IMG/VR virus record: IMGVR_UViG_3300025696_000025
Coordinates: 1 to 31,731 of that record
Length of the DNA stretch: 31,731 nucleotides
Strand: one strand, 5' to 3'
From: a virus
Taxonomy: Duplodnaviria > Caudoviricetes
The notes under the pieces are model-generated. The model did no database searches. It was not told the DNA's origin and worked only from the letters and a program-made list of their open reading frames with translations. Below, in pieces: positions 27,586 to 31,731 of this stretch. Numbering within the stretch: position 1 is the stretch's first letter; each line of letters starts with the position of its first letter. The position numbers and the translations under genes are program-made.

Positions 27586-27812
27586 TAATACTGAAGATCA
27601 TACTCAATGGATATAGCCATGTTAGAATTAAACTTCTTCCATGGCAATACCTCATTGTTCTTTTTTATATGTATGTTATAAGAATTATCTTCTTCATCCA
27701 GTAGTATATAAGCTATTTTATGACCACCATAAACTTCTTGACCTATAGAATAATGCATGGCATCATTTTTATAGTCAGAGCCTATACTGATCTTTCTTAT
27801 AATATTACTCAT
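27585..27812 (-). CDS. Hypothetical protein (75 aa, beta-rich)
   Basis: Translationally coupled to both neighbours (1-nt and 8-nt overlaps). Sequence begins IRKISIGSDYKNDAMHYSIGQEV. Confidence 0.75.
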   Translation of the reverse strand: MSNIIRKISIGSDYKNDAMHYSIGQEVYGGHKIAYILLDEEDNSYNIHIKKNNEVLPWKKFNSNMAISIEYDLQY

Positions 27813-28038
27813 CTTCTTCTATTTCAGTGTACTCACCTGTAGACAAGTCTATGGATATTTTACCATACTCTTCTTCTAGCTCAGCCTTGTACTCTTCTAT
27901 CTTTATATTTATATCAGCGATAGCATGTAATAGACTATGTTTCTGTGACTCTAAAGCACCTATTTGACCTAACACACTTGATAGTTCGTTCTGTTGCTTA
28001 ACCACTTTCTTTAACTGATCTTCTTTAATTTTTCCCAT
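27805..28038 (-). CDS. Hypothetical coiled-coil protein (77 aa)
   Basis: Heptad pattern ending LEEEYGKISIDLSTGEY, with a strong A-rich leader (AATTAAATTTAATCAAA-ATG). Confidence 0.75.
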   Translation of the reverse strand: MGKIKEDQLKKVVKQQNELSSVLGQIGALESQKHSLLHAIADINIKIEEYKAELEEEYGKISIDLSTGEYTEIEEDE

Positions 28039-28081
28039 TTTGATTAAATTTAATTGTTATTTTTCTATATAGTTACACTAT

Positions 28082-28447
28082 TTATTCTGAAATTACTTCT
28101 TCCTCTTCAATTGGTTGTGGAACCTCTGCATTTCTTGGAAATCCATAGAATTGATGCGCTGAAGCATCACCTGGGTAAACCTCATTTGAGCCAAAGTCTA
28201 AGTCGTCTGTACTCATTATATCATAAGCCCATCCTGGGTAATATACAGGTGGAGTTATTTCTTTTCCATCTGGATCATAAGTACCAGGTGTTTTTACTAC
28301 TTTACCGATATTAACAACTGCTTTTGTTCCGTTGATATACTGCATAGATGTAACACCTTCTTCTGTTACTTCTTGCCACACGCTTTTTTGTATTAAAACG
28401 TCTTTTCCTTGTTGTTCTGTATCAAATACTGTCTTGTAAATATTCAT
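28082..28447 (-). CDS. Small protein downstream of the tail/receptor-binding gene (possible fibre chaperone or accessory protein)
   Basis: 121 aa, starting 5 nt after the tail gene stop, with TPGTYDPDGKEITPPVYYPGW. Function is inferred from position. Confidence 0.55.
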   Translation of the reverse strand: MNIYKTVFDTEQQGKDVLIQKSVWQEVTEEGVTSMQYINGTKAVVNIGKVVKTPGTYDPDGKEITPPVYYPGWAYDIMSTDDLDFGSNEVYPGDASAHQFYGFPRNAEVPQPIEEEEVISE

Positions 28448-28452
28448 AGTTA

Positions 28453-31400
28453 TTATATTGTTGTTAAATCTTCTAATTGTACGTCTGCTAATGCTTTTGG
28501 ATAATATTTTAAACCTTTTGTGTTACCGTAGAAGTTTAAATTGCCAACTGAACCAATATTAAAAGCCAATTTACTTAATCCAATAGGTGAACTTCCACTT
28601 GTATCTGTAAATCTTTCAACACCATCAATCCATAAGGCAAAATCATTTTCTTTATATTTTATCGCTATCTTGTGATAATTTAAAGTAGATGTAACAGTAT
28701 ATTCTTTATCAAATGAATTAGAGGTATTAGATTTAACTATTGTTCTTATCTTGTTTGAACCAGTTCCAAAAAGTATATTTACTCTGTTTAAAGTAGTTCC
28801 GTCTGATAAAGCAATACCTCTATTAGTTCCATCATCTGCCAAAGCACTTATCTCTGCATACAATGTTCCTTCCTCGCTATTAATAACTGGTGTTGCATTG
28901 TTACATAATTCTTGATTTCTAGTAGCTGTTGCTCCAGAGGTTGGGATATACGAGGTTGCGTAGGATTGTTGTTCAAGCATTGCTCCGAATATGTAAAGTC
29001 CATCTGTACCATTACCAGTATAATTAGTACTTCCGTTTTTTGCTAAATAAATACCAAATTTACTATCAGTGCTAGTTAATGTTGTTGTTATAGAACATCT
29101 ATACCAACCATTGCCAAAGTTTTCTATTTTAGAACTATTAGGTGCAGAAATAAAATCCCCATATACAACACCATTTTCTAAATCAAATATACTTCCTTGA
29201 GAGGGGTTTGAACCAAGTAATCCAACTTGTTTAATTTCATTTGCTTTTGCGAAAAAAGAATATGTATATTGTGAACCTGAAGATAAGCTAAATATCCTTT
29301 CTTCTATTGCGTGTGTTCCACTATCTGATGTATCTATTAATTTATCAGAATTTAAAGTTCCATCAGGAGAAATTGTAGTATTAGGAGAAATAGATGACCT
29401 ATAATTAACCCAAATAATATCACTAAAAAGTTCAGATTGTGTTATCAAATTCGTACTCTGTGGTTCAAGTAAAAATGCTTTTTCACCAGTTGAGTAATCT
29501 ATTCTTGGTGTGTTAGTTGCAGTTGTTACTTCTTTAACTGAAACGTTGTCTATTGAGCCATCAAAACCCCCATCCCTTGCTTGTAAAGTTAAAGTACCAA
29601 AGTTACCGCTTGTTTCATATAACGTATATGTTCCACTTTCGGTTATAGTTGTTGTTGTACCACTACTACCCAATAAAATTCTAAAAGAACCTGTATTAAC
29701 AACTATATCAAATTGCAACTTACAAGGTTTTTGCGTTGGTGCAACACTTGATTGCGTAGCTATTGTTGTATTTTGTGCAGCATTACTTACTATTAGTTTA
29801 TTTTGGCTTATACTCGCACTCGATTGTAAACTCCAATCACTATCTGTTGCAAAATCACCATTAGTTACCAATTCTGGACCTATCTGATTTGTACTTTCAA
29901 TTAACCCTTGCTCGTTTACAAACGTAGCTTCTGAGCCTCTAGTAAAAGTAAACTGCTCTGCAATAGTATCAAAGTCTAAATCAAATGTTGTTGCAACTGG
30001 ATTTGGATATGTAAGGCATCTTAGATTTGCATCTGTTAATGCTTCTTTGTAAACTGCTATTGCTTTGTTTTTTCCGTAGAAAGCTCCACCACTACCACTA
30101 TTAAAAGCCAACTTGGTTAGTGTATTTGCACTAAACATAGTTCCAGATGTATCTGTTGCTACTTTTGTTCCGTTTAGCCAAAAACTCATATCGTTAGTCT
30201 TGTATTTTAGCGCTATTTTGTTAAATATTGAAACATCTACTTGATTAGCTGGAATTGTATATTCTGCTACATAAACACCATTAACCCTAACAAATAAAAT
30301 AATTGTATCATTGGTGTTCCAATAAATCATTACTCTATTTGTATTAGTACCATCTGTTAAGGAAATTATACTTGCAGCTCCTAAATTTTCATAAGTAGCT
30401 TCTGCATACAATACTCCCTCTGTACTATTTATCAAAGTAGAGTTACCACTATTGTTTGCAATATCTTGTAGCCTAGTGTTTGTTGCTCCGTTAGTTGGAA
30501 TGTATGAGGTTGTGTAGGATTGTTGTTCAAGTTGTGCGCCCCAAATGTATACTCCGTTAGTTGTATTAGTGTAACCTGTTGTTAAAGTACCATCTACTGA
30601 AGGAGAGATAAATAAAATTTCACTTCCTGATGTATTGGTAGTATCTAATATACACCTAAACCAACCATTACCATAATCTTCTATACTTGCTGTAGTTCCT
30701 GATGCTGTTGGTGATGTGCTAATTGTTCCGTTAGATAAATTAAATATTGCGTAATATCCACCTGCATAAGTGCCAATGCCTAATACTAAATAATCATACT
30801 CGCCTTTTTTAGCAAAAATACTTGAAGCATATGGTGCTGATGCACTTGTAGATGCTCCTATATAAGATTGACTAGGGTTTTTACTTGTGTCATTACCTAT
30901 TATTTTAGTTGCATTGTTTTCTCCACTTGGAGATGTAGCTGCGTTAGGTGTTCTTGTTATATTTTTTTCAGAAACATCTAAATCCCAACTACTATCACTA
31001 AAATCCTCACTATAAGTTATCAAATTCGTACTCTGTGGCTCTAGCAACCAACTTCCACAACCACTATCTGGTACTACTTCTTGACCAAGATATTCTTTTA
31101 CAGATACGTTGTCTATTGATACATCTCCTAAACTTCTTAAAGCAAAACCTAAAAAAACACTTGACTGACTTGTAAAAATATACTCATATTCTCCAACGTT
31201 TGATATTAAAACAGATGCTGGACTATTACCCATATATATTTGAACAAATCCACCCCCACTAACTGATGTTACACTTATATTAACTTTGTATTGTGTGTTT
31301 GCATTTAAAATTGATTGTGATAAATAAGATGCTCCTCCCGTATGTGTTGCTACACCATTTGCAATAGACCAACCAGCTCCTTTACTCCAAGCCGTATCGC

Positions 31401-31731
31401 TATCAAACCCTCCATTTACAACTAACTCACTCCCTAAAGAATCTTGATAACTAAACCCTTCGTAGTTTATTCTTGGTAAATCTGTATCGTCTGTTATTTC
31501 TTTAACTGATATGTTTGATATAGAGCCTACAAAAGAAGAATTAGCATTAAACAAAAGTCTTGGTAAAGAATCAGTAGATGTTATATTAATTTCATAAACT
31601 CCATTAGCTGCAAGATTATTAAATTCAATCCCTCCTGTTCCTTGTAAAGTTACCGAAACTGCTCCAGCAGAATAATCTTTAATTTCAAAAGATAATTTTA
31701 CTAAATCATTTTGAATATTACTTATACCTTG
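28453..31731 (-). CDS. Modular tail fibre / receptor-binding protein with duplicated LamG(ConA)-like and carbohydrate-binding-like modules; 5'-truncated
   Basis: The frame stays open from the track's TTG at 31554 to the window end (QGISNIQNDLVKLSFEIKDY...). It contains two ~520-aa repeats (LLEPQSTNLIT...GAxLEQQSYxTSYIPT...EGxLYAE...KIAxKYK) and three modules ending SIxNxSVKE. Confidence 0.8.
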   Translation of the reverse strand, partial: QGISNIQNDLVKLSFEIKDYSAGAVSVTLQGTGGIEFNNLAANGVYEINITSTDSLPRLLFNANSSFVGSISNISVKEITDDTDLPRINYEGFSYQDSLGSELVVNGGFDSDTAWSKGAGWSIANGVATHTGGASYLSQSILNANTQYKVNISVTSVSGGGFVQIYMGNSPASVLISNVGEYEYIFTSQSSVFLGFALRSLGDVSIDNVSVKEYLGQEVVPDSGCGSWLLEPQSTNLITYSEDFSDSSWDLDVSEKNITRTPNAATSPSGENNATKIIGNDTSKNPSQSYIGASTSASAPYASSIFAKKGEYDYLVLGIGTYAGGYYAIFNLSNGTISTSPTASGTTASIEDYGNGWFRCILDTTNTSGSEILFISPSVDGTLTTGYTNTTNGVYIWGAQLEQQSYTTSYIPTNGATNTRLQDIANNSGNSTLINSTEGVLYAEATYENLGAASIISLTDGTNTNRVMIYWNTNDTIILFVRVNGVYVAEYTIPANQVDVSIFNKIALKYKTNDMSFWLNGTKVATDTSGTMFSANTLTKLAFNSGSGGAFYGKNKAIAVYKEALTDANLRCLTYPNPVATTFDLDFDTIAEQFTFTRGSEATFVNEQGLIESTNQIGPELVTNGDFATDSDWSLQSSASISQNKLIVSNAAQNTTIATQSSVAPTQKPCKLQFDIVVNTGSFRILLGSSGTTTTITESGTYTLYETSGNFGTLTLQARDGGFDGSIDNVSVKEVTTATNTPRIDYSTGEKAFLLEPQSTNLITQSELFSDIIWVNYRSSISPNTTISPDGTLNSDKLIDTSDSGTHAIEERIFSLSSGSQYTYSFFAKANEIKQVGLLGSNPSQGSIFDLENGVVYGDFISAPNSSKIENFGNGWYRCSITTTLTSTDSKFGIYLAKNGSTNYTGNGTDGLYIFGAMLEQQSYATSYIPTSGATATRNQELCNNATPVINSEEGTLYAEISALADDGTNRGIALSDGTTLNRVNILFGTGSNKIRTIVKSNTSNSFDKEYTVTSTLNYHKIAIKYKENDFALWIDGVERFTDTSGSSPIGLSKLAFNIGSVGNLNFYGNTKGLKYYPKALADVQLEDLTTI
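29441..31038. repeat. Exact 23-nt direct repeat (29441-29463 and 31016-31038) within the tail gene
   Basis: gttatcaaattcgtactctgtgg occurs at both sites, 1575 nt (525 codons) apart. There are also exact 18-nt (28960-28977 / 30514-30531) and 14-nt (29543-29556 / 31106-31119) matches. Confidence 0.9.

Noticed and set aside
31552-31554. TTG start assigned to the tail gene by the ORF track
   Set aside because: The frame remains open and module-like up to the window end, so the true start lies outside the window.
303-31731. Stop-codon reassignment as seen in some crAss-like phages
   Set aside because: Genes are full length and tightly packed under the standard code, and TAA, TAG (16510) and TGA (26766, 26980) all act as stops.
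28453-31731. Diversity-generating retroelement or CRISPR-like array behind the tail-gene repeats
   Set aside because: The repeats are short, in-frame and coding. There is no adenine-specific TR/VR pair, reverse transcriptase or regular repeat-spacer periodicity in the window.

Overview
The window is the virion-morphogenesis operon of an AT-rich (roughly 30-35% GC by eye) tailed dsDNA phage, encoded entirely on the minus strand in standard genetic code. The crAss-like/Cellulophaga-podovirus-like head module and the A/T-rich, Shine-Dalgarno-free start contexts point to a podovirus of Bacteroidota, probably marine Flavobacteriia (inference). In transcription order (right to left) the genes are: a modular LamG/carbohydrate-binding tail protein (5'-truncated) and its probable chaperone, two small proteins, a tandem GroES-like protein, small and large terminase, portal, scaffold-like protein, major capsid protein, head/tail ring proteins, a tail stabilisation protein split into two genes, then a T7-style GNAT plus three ejection proteins ending in a 2804-aa polyvalent protein, and three tiny ORFs. 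Three hidden signals stand out. (1) A ~200-codon +1-frame gene with a lipoprotein-like signal is overprinted inside terL, with a GC shift that ends at its stop codon, and a second short overprinted ORF may follow it. (2) An in-frame A_AAU_UUU slippery site followed by a putative H-type pseudoknot near the start of the giant ejection gene predicts an 89-aa -1 frameshift product. (3) The giant protein looks like a self-processing polyprotein, with a zincin protease, a sigma70 region-2-like segment and a complete HAD phosphatase separated by recurring [KR]F[SQ]K[KR] linkers. All family assignments come from motif recognition and synteny. No database searches were run.
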